DNA of 47,765 nt from contig CBDDTI010000287.1 of the NCBI GenBank assembly GCA_965233585.1, forward strand, positions 1 through 47,765. The letters are read 5' to 3'. Positions 34,484-47,765 of the stretch are shown here, piece after piece. The position numbers and the translations under genes were made by a program. Source of the DNA: a bacterium (GTDB lineage Bacteria > SAR324 > NAC60-12). How positions within the stretch are numbered: the first letter of the stretch is position 1; the number at the start of each line of letters is the position of its first letter. Under the pieces are notes generated by a model. It had not been told where the DNA came from. It did no database searches and was given only the letters and a program-made list of their open reading frames with translations.

Positions 34484-34855
34484 ATGGGGAAAAGGGGTAA
34501 CCAAGGGTCTTCTGGGTATCATATTCAACATCCCACAAGGGACAAGTTTGACCCCAATTGGAAACCTCGTAGGGGAGGCAAAAAGGCTCGCAAACAGAAA
34601 GAGATGTTTGAAAGGCGGTAAAAAGAGCGGTTGGAATCTAAGGGAGTACCGCCAATTTCTCCTGAAAACATTGAAGAGATTCAATCGGACGACAGTGGGC
34701 TCCCAGATTTTCCTAGCCGTGGACTTATCCATTTGGAATTGTCGGACGAAGAGGTAGAGGTAGTGATCGAGGAGGATTTGGAAGATGCTGTTGCCTCTGG
34801 GTCAGCTTCTTCTAGTTCCAAGGGTCCTTCGGTTGCCCCTCCACGTGTTGAGTAG
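34484..34855 (+). pseudogene. Truncated basic/acidic ORF start, probably from a mobile element
   Basis: MGKRGNQGSS..RRGGKKARKQK, one in-frame TAA (34619-34621), then the same frame continues to EEVEVVIEEDLED. Cut at the duplication junction. Confidence 0.4.
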
Positions 34856-36248
34856 TCTGGAGTGTAAAATGTGGAGTGTGGAGTGCGGAGTGTAAAGTAA
34901 GGAGTGTGGAGTGTAAAGTAAGGAGTGTGGAGCGTAAAGTGTGGAGTGTGGAGTGTAAAGTGTAGAGTGTGGAGTGTGGAGTGTGGAGTGTGAAGTGTGG
35001 AGTGTAGAGTGTGGAGTGTAGAGTGTGGAGTGTAGAGTGTAGAGCACGCAATGCGACACGTCTGAAGTGCTGCACCTGTGCGACACGTCTGAAGTGCTGC
35101 ACCTGCCACGCAAAATGACGATGGAGTCTCCAAAGTGCCGCGCCTGCCACGAGAATTGCAACTCATCGTGTGGAAACGACGCAAAAGTATTGCGCCCGAG
35201 CCTGCCACACCAAACGACTTTCGGCACGTTATCAAGCAGGTTGGAATGTCACAAAGAGCCACGCCTGCCACGCAAAACGACATGACAACCTGCTTGGAAA
35301 CATTCAGAAAGGAGAGGTGTTACAGCTTCCCCCATAGACACGGCGAGGCCACAGGGAAACTAGAGACTCGAGACGAGACATGTTGGAGCATCAAGACGAG
35401 CATTTCGTGCGAGACCCCCTCAAATTTTCACATGGTGGAGAATCATGCCTTCAAAAAGGTGCTTAGCATGCCTTATGGACCTTTTTTGACGAGAGATTTT
35501 GCACCTGAAAAAGCACCTCTGCCATGCTTAAACACAATGGCAGTGAAGGACGGACATGGTGGAGAACCATGCCCCGAAAGGTGCTTAACATGCCTTGTGG
35601 ATCCCTATTGAAAAGAGATTTGGCCGGAAAAAGGGCCTCCGCCAGGCTTACCAGATCACTGTTGAAGACATGAGAGTTAGCAACTGCACCCCCGCCACGC
35701 TTAAGCACCATGCCCCGGAAAGGCGCCTAACGTGCTGGACCCCTAGTGAAAAGGAATCTGGCAGCTGAAAAAGCACCTCCGCCAGGCTTACCACATCACT
35801 GAAGGCGTTGACGACATTAGATTTGGCAACTGAAAAAGCACCTCCGCCACACTCAAACACCGTAGCAGTGAAGGACGGACATTCTGGCTCAACTGAAAAG
35901 AGATGTGGCCACCAAAAGAGCACCTCCGCCGCGCATTCGCCACGCATTCGCCACGCATAAACAACATGGCACCGGAGGACAAACATGGTGTTGTTGCTGT
36001 GGTTGTTGTTGTTGCTGTTCTGTTGTAGTGGTGGTGGTTGTGGTTGTCGTCGTTGTCGTCAACGTTTGTGACTCCTAGTCTCTGTGCGCGCTCCCCCTTG
36101 CTGTCGGCCGGGTCGGCGGATATATATATATATATGTTTGCATCTGATTAGTGTGAGGGGCCCCCCCCAAACAATTTGAGGATACTCTATAACTCGCACT
36201 TTTTTTTGCCCCCCCTCAACTTTTTTTGGTCAATCAACTTAAGAAAGG

Positions 36249-36590
36249 ATTTCAATTTACTTTCAATTGATTTCAATTTACTTCAATTGATTTCAATTTA
36301 CTTTTAATTTACTTTCAATTTACTTTCAATTGATTTCAATTTACTTTTAATTCACTTTCAATTTACTTTCAATTGATTTCAATTTACTTTTAATTTACGT
36401 TCAATTTACTTTCAATTGATTTCAATTTATTTTTAATTTACTTTCAATTTACTTTCAATTGATTTCAATTTATATACTTTTAATTTAATTTCAATTGATT
36501 TCAATTTACTTTTAATTTACTTTCAATTTACTTTCAATTGAATTCAATTTACTTTCACTTGATTTCAATTTACTTTTAATTTACTTTCAT
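36249..36590. repeat. AT-rich 10-11 bp minisatellite (copy B)
   Basis: Same as 26578-26931. Confidence 0.92.
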
Positions 36591-39500
36591 TTTTTTTCAC
36601 TCCAAAAAGTTGGTGTTCACAATAGAGTACCATCCAAACAATTATATTATTGAGTAACTGAGCCACTCATGAGGTACCCCCTTGAAAAATTGTCTGGATG
36701 CTGCTTTTTAATAAGGGTTTAATAAGGCATCTAATTATTTGGGAAACCTTGCATTTTAAAGTTTTAACACAACTATGGCTTTCTAAAGTGAAAGGACCAG
36801 CTTTACCCAAAGAAAGGTGGAGAAAGGGTTTCGTTTCTTTTTTCACTCCAAAAAGTTGGTGCTCACAATAGAGTACCATCCAAACAATTATATTATTCAG
36901 TAACTGAGCCACTCAGGAGGTACTCCTTTGAAAAATTGTCTGGATGCTGTTTTTTAATAAGGGTTTAATAAGGCATCTAATTATTTGGAAAACCTTGCAT
37001 TTTAAAGTTTTAACACAAATATGGCTTTCTAAAGTAAGGGGCCAGCTTTACCCAAAGAAAGGTGGAGAAAGGGTTTTGCTTTTTTTTTCACTCCCAAAAG
37101 TTGGTGCCCAAAATAGAGTACCATCCAAACAATTATATTATTCAGTAACTGAGCCACTCAGGAGGTACCCCTTTGAAAAATTGTCTGGGTGCTGTTTTTT
37201 AATAAGGGTTTAATAAGGCATCTAAAACCTTGCATTTTAAAGTTTTAACACAAATATGGCTTTCTAAAGCAAAGGGACCAGCTTTACCCAAAGAAAGGTG
37301 GAGAAAGGGTTTTGCTTTTTTTTCACTCCCAAAAGTTGGTGCTCACAATAGAGTACCATCCAAACAATTATATTATTCAGTAACTGAGCCACTCATGAGG
37401 TACACCTTTGAAAAATTGTCTGGGTGCTGTTTTTAAATAAGTGTTTAATAAGGCATCTAATTATTTGGAAAACCTTGCATTTTAAAGTTTTAACACAAAT
37501 ATGGCTTTCTAAAGTAAAGGGGCCAGCTTTACCCAAAGAAAGGTGGAGAAAGGGTTTTGCTTTTTTTCACTCCCAAAAGTTGGTGCTCACAATAGAGTAC
37601 CATCCAAACAACTATATTATTGAGTAACTGAGCCACTCATGAGGTACCCCCTTGAAAAATTGTCTGGGTGCTGTTTTTTAATAAGGGTTTAATAAGGCAT
37701 CTAATTATTTGGGAAACCTTGCATTTTAAAGCTTTAACACAACTATGGCTTTCTACAGTAAAGGGGCCAGCTTTACCCAAAGAAAGGTGGAGAAAGGGTT
37801 TTGCTTTTTTTTCACTCCCAAAAGTTGGTGCTCACAATAGAGTACCATCCAAACAATTATATTATTGAGTAACTGAGCCACTCATGAGGTACACCTTTGA
37901 AAAATTGTCTGGGTGCTGTTTTTTTAATAAGGGTTTAATAAGGCATCTAATTATTTGGGAAACCTTGCATTTTAAAGCTTTAACACAACTATGGCTTTCT
38001 AAAGTAAAGGGACCAGCTTTACCCAAAGAAAGGTGGAGAAAGGGTTTTTGTTTTTTCACTCCCAAAAGTTGGTGCTCACAATAGAGTACCATCCAAACAA
38101 TTATATTATTCAGTAACTGAGCCACTCATGAGGTACCCCCTTGAAAAATTGTCTGGGTGCTGTTTTTGATAAGGGTTTAATAAGGCATCTAATTATTTGG
38201 AAAACCTTGCATTTTAAAGTTTTAACACAAATATGGCTTTCTAAAGTAAAGGGACCAGCTTTACCCAAAGAAAGGTGGAGAAAGGGTTTTGCTTTTTTTC
38301 ACTCCCAAAAGTTGGTGCTCACAATAGAGTACCATCCAAACAATTATGTTATTGAGTAACTGGGCCACTCATGAGGTACCCCCTTGAAAAATTGTCGGTG
38401 CTGTTTTTTAATAAGGGTTTAATAAGGCATCTAATTATTTGGGAAACCTTGCAGTTTAAAGCTTTAACACAACTATGGCTTTCTACAGTAAAGGGGCCAG
38501 CTTTACCCAAAGAAAGGTGGAGAAAGGGTTTTGCTTTTTTTCACTCCCAAAAGTTGGTGCTCACAATAGAGTACAATCCAAACAATTATATTATTGAGTA
38601 ACTGAGCCACTCATGAGGTACCCCCTTGAAAAATTGTTTGGATGCTGTTTTTTAAATAAGGGTTTAATAAGGCATCTAATTACTTGGGAAACCTCGCATT
38701 TTAAAAGCTTTAACACAAATATGGCTTTCTAAAGTGAAAGGACCAGCTTTACCCAAAGAAAGGTGGAGAAATGGTTTTGTTTCTTTTTTCACTCCAAAAA
38801 GTTGGTGCTCACAATAGAGTGCCATCCAAACAATTATATTATTCAGTAACTGAGCCACTCATGAGGTACCCCTTTGAAAAATTGTCTGGATGCTGTTTTT
38901 AAATGAGGGTTTAATAAGGCATCTAATTATTTGGGAAACCTTGCATTTTAAAGTTTTAACACAACTATGGTTTTCTACAGTAAAGGGGCCAGCTTTACCC
39001 AAAGAAAGGTGGAGAAAGGGTTTTGCTTTTTTTCACTCCCAAAAGTTGGTGCTCACAATAGAGTACCATCCAGGCAATTATATTATTGAGCAACTGAGCC
39101 ACTCATGAGGTATCCCCTTGAAAAATTGTCTGGGTACTGTTTTTTAATAAGGGTTTCATAAGGCATCTAATTATTTGGAAAAACCTTGCATTTTAAAAGC
39201 TGTAACACGAATATGGCTTTCTAAAGTGAAAGGACCAGCTTTACCCAAAGAAAGGTGGAGAAAGGGTTTTGTTTTTTTTCACTCCCAAAAGTTGGTGCTC
39301 ACAATAGAGTACCATGCAAACAGTTATATTATTGAGTAACTGAGCCACTCATGAGGTATCCCCTTGAAAAAATGTCTGGGTGCTGTTTTTTAATAAGTGT
39401 TTAATAAGGCATCTAATTATTTGGAAAACCTTGCATTTTAAAGTTTTAACACAAATATGGTTTTCTACAGTAAAGGGACCAGCTTTACCCAAAGAAAGGT

Positions 39501-42500
39501 GGAGAAAGGGTTTTGCTTTTTTTTCACTCCCAAAAGTTGGTGCTCACAATAGAGTACCATCCAAACAACTATATTATTGAGTAACTGAGCCACTCATGAG
39601 GTACCCCCTTGAAAAATTGTCTGGGTGCTGTTTTTTAATAAGGGTTTAATAAGGCATCTAATTATTTGGGAAACCTTGCATTTTAAAGCTTTAACACAAC
39701 TATGGCTTTCTACAGTAAAGGGGCCAGCTTTACCCAAAGAAAGGTGGAGAAAGGGTTTTGCTTTTTTTTCACTCCCAAAAGTTGGTGCTCACAATAGAGT
39801 ACCATCCAAACAATTATATTATTGAGTAACTGGGCCACTCATGAGGTACACCCTTGAAAAATTGTCTGGATGCTGTTTTTTAATAAGGGTTTAATAAGGC
39901 ATCTAATTATTTGGAAAACATTGCATTTTAAAGTTTTAACACAACTATGGCTTTCTAAAGTGAAAGGACAAGCTTTACCCAAAGAAAGGTGGAGAAAGGG
40001 TTTCGTTTTTTTTCACTCCTCATGAGGTTCCTCTTTGAAAAATTGTCTGGATGCTGTTTTTTTAACAAGGGTTTAATAAGGCATCTAATTATTTGGAAAA
40101 CCTTGCATTTTAAAGTTTTAACACAAATATGTCTTTCTAAAGTAAAGGGACCAGCTTTACCCAAAGAAAGGTGGAGAAAGGGTTTTGTTTTTTTTCACTC
40201 CCAAAAGTTGGTGCTCACAATAGAGTACCATCCAAACAATTATATTATTCAGTAACTGAGCCACTCATGAGGTACACCTTTGAAAAATTGTCTGGGTGCT
40301 GTTTTTTAATAAGGGTTGAATAAGGCATCTGATTATTTGGAAAACCTTGCATTTTAAAGTTTTAACACAAATATGGCTTTCTAAAGTAAAGGGACCAGCT
40401 TTACCCAAAGAAAGGTGGAGAAAGGGTTTTGCTTTTTTTTCACTCCCAAAAGTTGGTGCTCACAATAGAGTACCGTCCAAACAATTATGTTATTGAGTAA
40501 CTGGGCCACTCATGAGGTACCCCCTTGAAAAATTGTCTGGGTGCTGTTTTTTAATAAGGGTTTAATAAGGCATCTAATTATTTGGGAAAGCTTGCATTTT
40601 AAAGCTTTAACACAACTATGGCTTTCTACAGTAAAGGGGCCAGCTTTACCCAAAGAAAGGTGGAGAAAGGGTTTTGCTTTTTTTTCACTCCCAAAAGTTG
40701 GTGCTCACAATAGAGTACAATCCAAACAATTATATTATTGAGTAACTGAGCCACTCATGAGGTACCCCCTTGAAAAATTGTTTGGATGCTGTTTTTTTAA
40801 TAAGGGTTTAATAAGGCATCTAATTACTTGGGAAACCTCGCATTTTAAAAGCTTTAACACAAATATGGCTTTCTAAAGTGAAAGGACCAGCTTTACCCAA
40901 AGAAAGGTGGAGAAATGGTTTTGTTTCTTTTTTCACTCCAAAAAGTTGGTGCTCACAATAGAGTGCCATCCAAACAATTATATTATTCAGTAACTGAGCC
41001 ACTCATGAGGTACCCCTTTGAAAAATTGTCTGGATGCTGTTTTTAAATAAGGGTTTAATAAGGCATCTAATTATTTGGGAAACCTTGCATTTTAAAGTTT
41101 TAACACAACTATGGTTTTCTACAGTAAAGGGGCCAGCTTTACCCAAAGAAAGGTGGAGAAAGGGTTTTGCTTTTTTTTCACTCCCAAAAGTTGGTGCTCA
41201 CAATAGAGTACCATCCAGGCAATTATATTATTGAGCAACTGAGCCACTCATGAGGTATCCCCTTGAAAAATTGTCTGGGCACTGTTTTTTAATAAGGGTT
41301 TCATAAGGCATCTAATTATTTGGAAAAACCTTGCATTTTAAAAGCTGTAACACGAATATGGCTTTCTAAAGTGAAAGGACCAGCTTTACCCAAAGAAAGG
41401 TGGAGAAAGGGTTTTGTTTTTTTTCACTCCCAAAAGTTGGTGCTCACAATAGAGTACCATGCAAACAGTTATATTATTGAGTAACTGAGCCACTCATGGG
41501 GTATCCCCTTGAAAAATTGTCTGGGTGCTGTTTTTAAATAAGGGTTTAATAAGGCATCTAATTATTTGGAAAAACCTTGCATTTTAAAAGCTTTAACACA
41601 AATATGGTTTTCTACAGTAAAGGGGCCAGCTTTACCCAAAGAAAGGTGGAGAAAGGGTTTTATTTTTTTCACTCCCAAAAGTTAGTGCTCACAATAGAGT
41701 ACCATCCAGACAATTATATTGTTGAGTAACAGAGCCACCCATGAGGTACTTTTGAAAAATTGTCTCGATGTTTTTTTAAATAAGGGTTTGATAAGGCATC
41801 TAATTACTTGGGAAACCTCGCATTTTAAAAGCTTTAACACAAATATGGCTTTCTAAAGTGAAAGGACCAGCTTTACCCAAAGAAAGGTGGAGAAATGGTT
41901 TTGTTTCTTTTTTCACTCCAAAAAGTTGGTGCTCACAATAGAGTGCCATCCAAACAATTATATTATTCAGTAACTGAGCCACTCATGAGGTACCCCTTGA
42001 AAAATTGTCTGGATGCTGTTTTTAAATAAGGGTTTAATAAGGCATCTAATTATTTGGGAAACCTTGCATTTTAAAGTTTTAACACAACTATGGTTTTCTA
42101 CAGTAAAGGGGCCAGCTTTACCCAAAGAAAGGTGGAGAAAGGGTTTTGCTTTTTTTCACTCCCAAAAGTTGGTGCTCACAATAGAGTACCATCCAGGCAA
42201 TTATATTATTGAGCAACTGAGCCACTCATGAGGTATCCCCTTGAAAAATTGTCTGGGTACTGTTTTTTAATAAGGGTTTCATAAGGCATCTAATTATTTG
42301 GAAAAACCTTGCATTTTAAAAGCTGTAACACGAATATGGCTTTCTAAAGTGAAAGGACCAGCTTTACCCAAAGAAAGGTGGAGAAAGGGTTTTGTTTTTT
42401 TTCACTCCCAAAAGTTGGTGCTCACAATAGAGTACCATGCAAACAGTTATATTATTGAGTAACTGAGCCACTCATGAGGTATCCCCTTGAAAAAATGTCT

Positions 42501-44925
42501 GGGTGCTGTTTTTTAATAAGTGTTTAATAAGGCATCTAATTATTTGGAAAACCTTGCATTTTAAAGTTTTAACACAAATATGGTTTTCTACAGTAAAGGG
42601 ACCAGCTTTACCCAAAGAAAGATGGAGAAAGGGTTTTGCTTTTTTTTCACTCCCAAAAGTTGGTGCTCACAATAGAGTACCATCCAAACAACTATATTAT
42701 TGAGTAACTGAGCCACTCATGAGGTACCCCCTTGAAAAATTGTCTGGGTGCTGTTTTTTAATAAGGGTTTAATAAGGCATCTAATTATTTGGGAAACCTT
42801 GCATTTTAAAGCTTTAACACAACTATGGCTTTCTACAGTAAAGGGGCCAGCTTTACCCAAAGAAAGGTGGAGAAAGGGTTTTGCTTTTTTTTCACTCCCA
42901 AAAGTTGGTGCTCACAATAGAGTACCATCCAAACAATTATATTATTGAGTAACTGGGCCACTCATGAGGTACACCCTTGAAAAATTGTCGGGATGCTGTT
43001 TTTTAATAAGGGTTTAATAAGGCATCTAATTATTTGGAAAACATTGCATTTTAAAGTTTTAACACAACTATGGCTTTCTAAAGTGAAAGGACCAGCTTTA
43101 CCCAAAGAAAGGTGGAGAAAGGGTTTCGTTTTTTTTCACTCCTCATGAGGTTCCTCTTTGAAAAATTGTCTGGATGCTGTTTTTTTAACAAGGGTTTAAT
43201 AAGGCATCTAATTATTTGGAAAACCTTGCATTTTAAAGTTTTAACACAAATATGGCTTTCTAAAGTAAAGGGACCAGCTTTACCCAAAGAAAGGTGGAGA
43301 AAGGGTTTTGTTTTTTTTCACTCCCAAAAGTTGGTGCTCACAATAGAGTACCATCCAAACAATTATATTATTCAGTAACTGAGCCACTCATGAGGTACAC
43401 CTTTGAAAAATTGTCTGGGTGCTGTTTTTTAATAAGGGTTGAATAAGGCATCTGATTATTTGGAAAACCTTGCATTTTAAAGTTTTAACACAAATATGGC
43501 TTTCTAAAGTAAAGGGACCAGCTTTACCCAAAGAAAGGTGGAGAAAGGGTTTTGCTTTTTTTTCACTCCCAAAAGTTGGTGCTCACAATAGAGTACCGTC
43601 CAAACAATTATGTTATTGAGTAACTGGGCCACTCATGAGGTACCCCCTTGAAAAATTGTCTGGGTGCTGTTTTTTAATAAGGGTTTAATAAGGCATCTAA
43701 TTATTTGGGAAACCTTGCATTTTAAAGCTTTAACACAACTATGGCTTTCTACAGTAAAGGGGCCAGCTTTACCCAAAGAAAGGTGGAGAAAGGGTTTTGC
43801 TTTTTTTTCACTCCCAAAAGTTGGTGCTCACAATAGAGTACAATCCAAACAATTATATTATTGAGTAACTGAGCCACTCATGAGGTACCCCCTTGAAAAA
43901 TTGTTTGGATGCTGTTTTTTTAATAAGGGTTTAATAAGGCATCTAATTACTTGGGAAACCTCGCATTTTAAAAGCTTTAACACAAATATGGCTTTCTAAA
44001 GTGAAAGGACCAGCTTTACCCAAAGAAAGGTGGAGAAATGGTTTTGTTTCTTTTTTCACTCCAAAAAGTTGGTGCTCACAATAGAGTGCCATCCAAACAA
44101 TTATATTATTCAGTAACTGAGCCACTCATGAGGTACCCCTTTGAAAAATTGTCTGGATGCTGTTTTTAAATAAGGGTTTAATAAGGCATCTAATTATTTG
44201 GGAAACCTTGCATTTTAAAGTTTTAACACAACTATGGTTTTCTACAGTAAAGGGGCCAGCTTTACCCAAAGAAAGGTGGAGAAAGGGTTTTGCTTTTTTT
44301 TCACTCCCAAAAGTTGGTGCTCACAATAGAGTACCATCCAGGCAATTATATTATTGAGCAACTGAGCCACTCATGAGGTATCCCCTTGAAAAATTGTCTG
44401 GGCACTGTTTTTTAATAAGGGTTTCATAAGGCATCTAATTATTTGGAAAAACCTTGCATTTTAAAAGCTGTAACACGAATATGGCTTTCTAAAGTGAAAG
44501 GACCAGCTTTACCCAAAGAAAGGTGGAGAAAGGGTTTTGTTTTTTTTCACTCCCAAAAGTTGGTGCTCACAATAGAGTACCATGCAAACAGTTATATTAT
44601 TGAGTAACTGAGCCACTCATGGGGTATCCCCTTGAAAAATTGTCTGGGTGCTGTTTTTAAATAAGGGTTTAATAAGGCATCTAATTATTTGGAAAAACCT
44701 TGCATTTTAAAAGCTTTAACACAAATATGGTTTTCTACAGTAAAGGGGCCAGCTTTACCCAAAGAAAGGTGGAGAAAGGGTTTTATTTTTTTCACTCCCA
44801 AAAGTTAGTGCTCACAATAGAGTACCATCCAGACAATTATATTGTTGAGTAACAGAGCCACCCATGAGGTACTTTTGAAAAATTGTCTCGATGTTTTTTT
44901 AAATAAGGGTTTGATAAGGCATCTA
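36591..44925. repeat. 245-bp satellite array, ~34 monomers, with 3123-bp higher-order duplication
   Basis: Matching variant ORFs at 39380/42503, 39955/43078 and 41034/44157 (offset 3123). Deleted monomers near 40020 and 43140. Confidence 0.97.
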
Positions 44926-46003
44926 AAATAAAATCAAAAATAAACATAAATAGAAAAATAATTTAAAAAAATAAAGTTAATTAAAGCATTTGGAAAAAAT
45001 AAAAATTGAAAAAAACAATCTGGAAAAAAAATCTCACAATAGAGGCCCCCTTCCCACAATTAGCATGTGCTGAATTAGGAGCAAGAAATTTCTCACAATA
45101 GGGTACCATCTCTTTAATCGGGTGCAAACATTATATATATGTTATTTCCTAATTATATAATGCATATACATATATACATATATACATATATATATATACA
45201 CGTGCATGTACTTGCATGTGCTCTCTCATAAATGAACGCTTCATCTTGATTAGGTTTGATCTGTTTCGCCGCTGCGCAGAGTGCTGAAAGTACTTCGCGG
45301 TCGGCGTGCCGGTGCACCAACAGCACTTCTGGAGTTTGAAGACTTTGTCATTTTCAAAATAATGAATGAATTGTTCAGGTGTAAACACCCTCTGGACCTA
45401 AATGTGATCCTGCTTGCTTGAAATATCGTGGAATACTTGCATGGAGGCGGTTGGATAGCAGCAGTCCATTCTGCGGCCCTGCTCCCTTACAAGCCAAATA
45501 TCGCTTGATGCGGATTGATTTTTAAGATGTCATGCTGGGCCATGGTCTCTGCAGCGTTTCAAAACCACGGCTTGCAAACAGATTGAAACCAGTGACTGCT
45601 ATAGCCCACCAGCCACCAAGTGATGCAAATGCAAACGTAATAATTATAACGTAACTGTATATATTTGCACCGTACATATGTGTGCGTGCGTACTTGTATG
45701 TGTTTTACCATGATGATATACAATAATTCTGTGGATCGCAAGAACACGATTGTAAGCTCAAACGCCGGTTGCAAACAGATAATAGACAACAGATTGAGAA
45801 TGATTCAGCAGTGATGTTTCAGGGTTGCACTTGGTTGGCACGCCCAAGTGAAGGAATATAATTACTGGAGGTCAATTGCCATGACCTGCAGCGAAATATT
45901 TCACAACGGCGAAAACTTTGACATTTTAGCTGCCTGTCTGGATTTATGCACAATGCCAGACGCGCTGCAACAAAGAAGCTTTTGTGACAGCAACTGGACT
46001 GAG

Positions 46004-46161
46004 GTCGGGGGTATCTCCGCAGACAGGCCCACCGCAACATGCTCACCTGAACACACCCTTTTTGAAGCCAGCGAGCTGCTTCAGTCTACAGGGCGAACAG
46101 CGGCGGTTATACTGGATAGTGAGCAATCTGTTCTTGGAGTTCTCACTGAGAATGACATGCT
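46004..46161 (+). CDS. Exon of CBS-domain protein (copy B, exon i)
   Basis: Translation and splice sites identical to 32512-32669. Confidence 0.7.
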
Positions 46162-46348
46162 GCCTCTCGTCATCTCTTGAAATGTCATGAGCGGCTCAGA
46201 TGGTTTCAAGCGGCAAAGGATCCTGAGCACATCAAAGGCAAACTTTTGCAATCACTTGATTCAATGCTCTTGTTTTTCTACTTCAAACCTTGGTGGTACT
46301 GATGTCGAAAAGAACCGACACTCACCTAGTCAGAAACTTTGCACTGAG

Positions 46349-46412
46349 GTTGGCCTTCATTGACGGCGTAAGTTCCACGTGTACAGTGAGCCAGTGGCTT
46401 CATGGTGGAGAG
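46349..46412 (+). CDS. Exon of CBS-domain protein (copy B, exon ii)
   Basis: Identical to 32857-32920. Confidence 0.6.
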
Positions 46413-46613
46413 GACAGATTGTATATGATTACGTCAGCCGTCAGACTGTGTTGGATTATCATTAATCCCTTGAATATTATTGCTCAGCTAGCGCATGTGT
46501 GTTTTTGTTATACATTGCTCACTTTTGCCTCTTTGGGGTTGGTTTCGACATGGGACGCTGTGATTTGCCGTCACCACATACGCGATGTCCGTATGAACTC
46601 CAATCATTTTCAG

Positions 46614-46700
46614 GCGCGACTACCGAGTTTCTTGATTTCACCTTTGACACTACGTCCTGATGTGCCCTTGGTCGAAGCAGCTTTGAGAATGGCTACAATG
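46614..46700 (+). CDS. Exon of CBS-domain protein (copy B, exon iii)
   Basis: Identical to 33122-33208. Confidence 0.63.
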
Positions 46701-47765
46701 GTCAAAGGTGGGGCTCCAAGGAGCTGAGCTGAAGATTAAAAAAAAAAACGGTACAACAATGCAGAACAACAATGCCGCAACATTTGGTAAACAAACGCTG
46801 AACATTGCTGACTGATTACGATGTGACAGAATTCGGCAGAGCCCCGCAAGTTTCGCACAGTAGAAACCTGTCAAACGGAGTCAAGGGGAAGAACATTTGT
46901 TTTCATTCGATGTTGTGTGCCGCCATGGTGTGTTAGATTCTCCTTGCAGGCTCATGATTTCTCCTGAGAACTGATTCTTGCCATTTGATTTTCAGAGGCA
47001 TAGATTCTTGTTGTATCATGTTGTATCACGTTATATCAAAAAATAGAATTGCATGAATAAGATAGAAATCCGGAATCTGGGCAAAATATACCTCCCTACA
47101 GCATGTCGGGTGCAGCAAAAGTTGAAAAGCTGGTTGCTGAACAAAACCTGCCATTTTGTATGGAGAAATGTTTGCTTGCCCCCATTCAGTCTGTAGGCTT
47201 TATTGCAAGGGCCCGGGGTTTATAGCGATAAGAAGCGGGCTCTGATTTCAACCGGGATATAGTTACAATTACTTAGTTACATAAGCGAAGGAAGTTAAGA
47301 AGCAAACTTCCAATAATATGGACGGATGGAATATCAGAGGTGGGAAGTGGGAAGAGCCAGAGAAGAGAAATGAAGATAATGAAGAAGAAAGAAAATCAGG
47401 GAATCGAGAAAGAGTCAGAAGAAAGAAGATCCAGGTTCGCGAAAAAGTAGAGTCATTAAAGAGCCCTGGGCTACTCCTAACAGGGCTACTCCTAAGAGTT
47501 GCTATCCTTTCAAAAAATATCTTTGAAAATTCCAAAAAATTCGCGAAAAAATCTAAACAAAAAATATCCAAAAAATAAAAAACTTACAAAAAGTCAATCC
47601 AACAAATCCACCAAAAAAAATCAAACCTTGAAGGAACAGCAAACAAAAAAGGTCCCAAAAAGAAACAACAAGTTGAAAGGAAAAATCCAAAAAGTTCAAC
47701 AAAAAAAATCTTCAATCGTTTTATCCAGCACAACTTTCAGGTCATTGCACTTACTGAGCCAAAAC

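Larger units (their letters stand above)
25210..34853 (+). repeat. Tandem segmental duplication, copy A
   Basis: Sequence from AGTCTGGAGTGTAAAATG (25210) recurs from 34854. Near-identical ORFs at offsets 9671 and 13492-13493. Confidence 0.95.
36134..45132. mobile_element. TIR-bounded satellite-carrying element (copy B)
   Basis: Same TIRs (ATGTTTGCATCTGATTA / TAATCGGGTGCAAACAT) and TA flanks as copy A. Confidence 0.75.
34854..47765 (+). repeat. Tandem segmental duplication, copy B (runs off window end)
   Basis: Colinear with 25210-34271. Has an extra 27-bp duplication near 35050-35105, a longer satellite and a few substitutions. Confidence 0.95.

Noticed and set aside
26932..44925. Regular arrays as a CRISPR locus or tandem gene array (repeated 66-aa MLFFNKGLIRH ORFs)
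   Set aside because: Monomers are near-identical over their full length with no unique spacers and no cas genes. The ORFs are broken by homopolymer indels in many units.

Overview
This is repeat-dense eukaryotic DNA, most likely from a Symbiodiniaceae dinoflagellate. That is inferred from short exons with GC/GA donors and AG|G acceptors, C5-methyltransferase-carrying copia elements and a spliced-leader-like motif. (1) A young, full-length Ty1/copia LTR retrotransposon spans 6898-16077. Its 211-bp LTRs differ at 1 site, and it has a PBS and a GTTAC TSD. It encodes gag-PR-[unknown domain]-C5 DNA methyltransferase-[unknown domain]-IN-RT-RNaseH, broken by three -1 frame breaks. A ~200-codon Zn-finger ORF is nested in the +1 frame of pol and ends in an ATGA stop/start overlap. 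(2) A second, divergent and decayed copia (20727-25195) keeps the same nested Zn-finger motif and a DNMT remnant, and is interrupted by a 490-bp foldback element with a 10-bp TSD. (3) Several non-autonomous DNA elements and simple or dispersed repeats are present. (4) A TIR-bounded element inserted in (TA)n has an interior 245-bp satellite array with higher-order structure. (5) A recent tandem segmental duplication (25210-34853 and 34854-end) copies that element, with ~18 versus ~34 monomers, together with three exons of a CBS-domain host gene. No rRNA, tRNA or CRISPR array was found.
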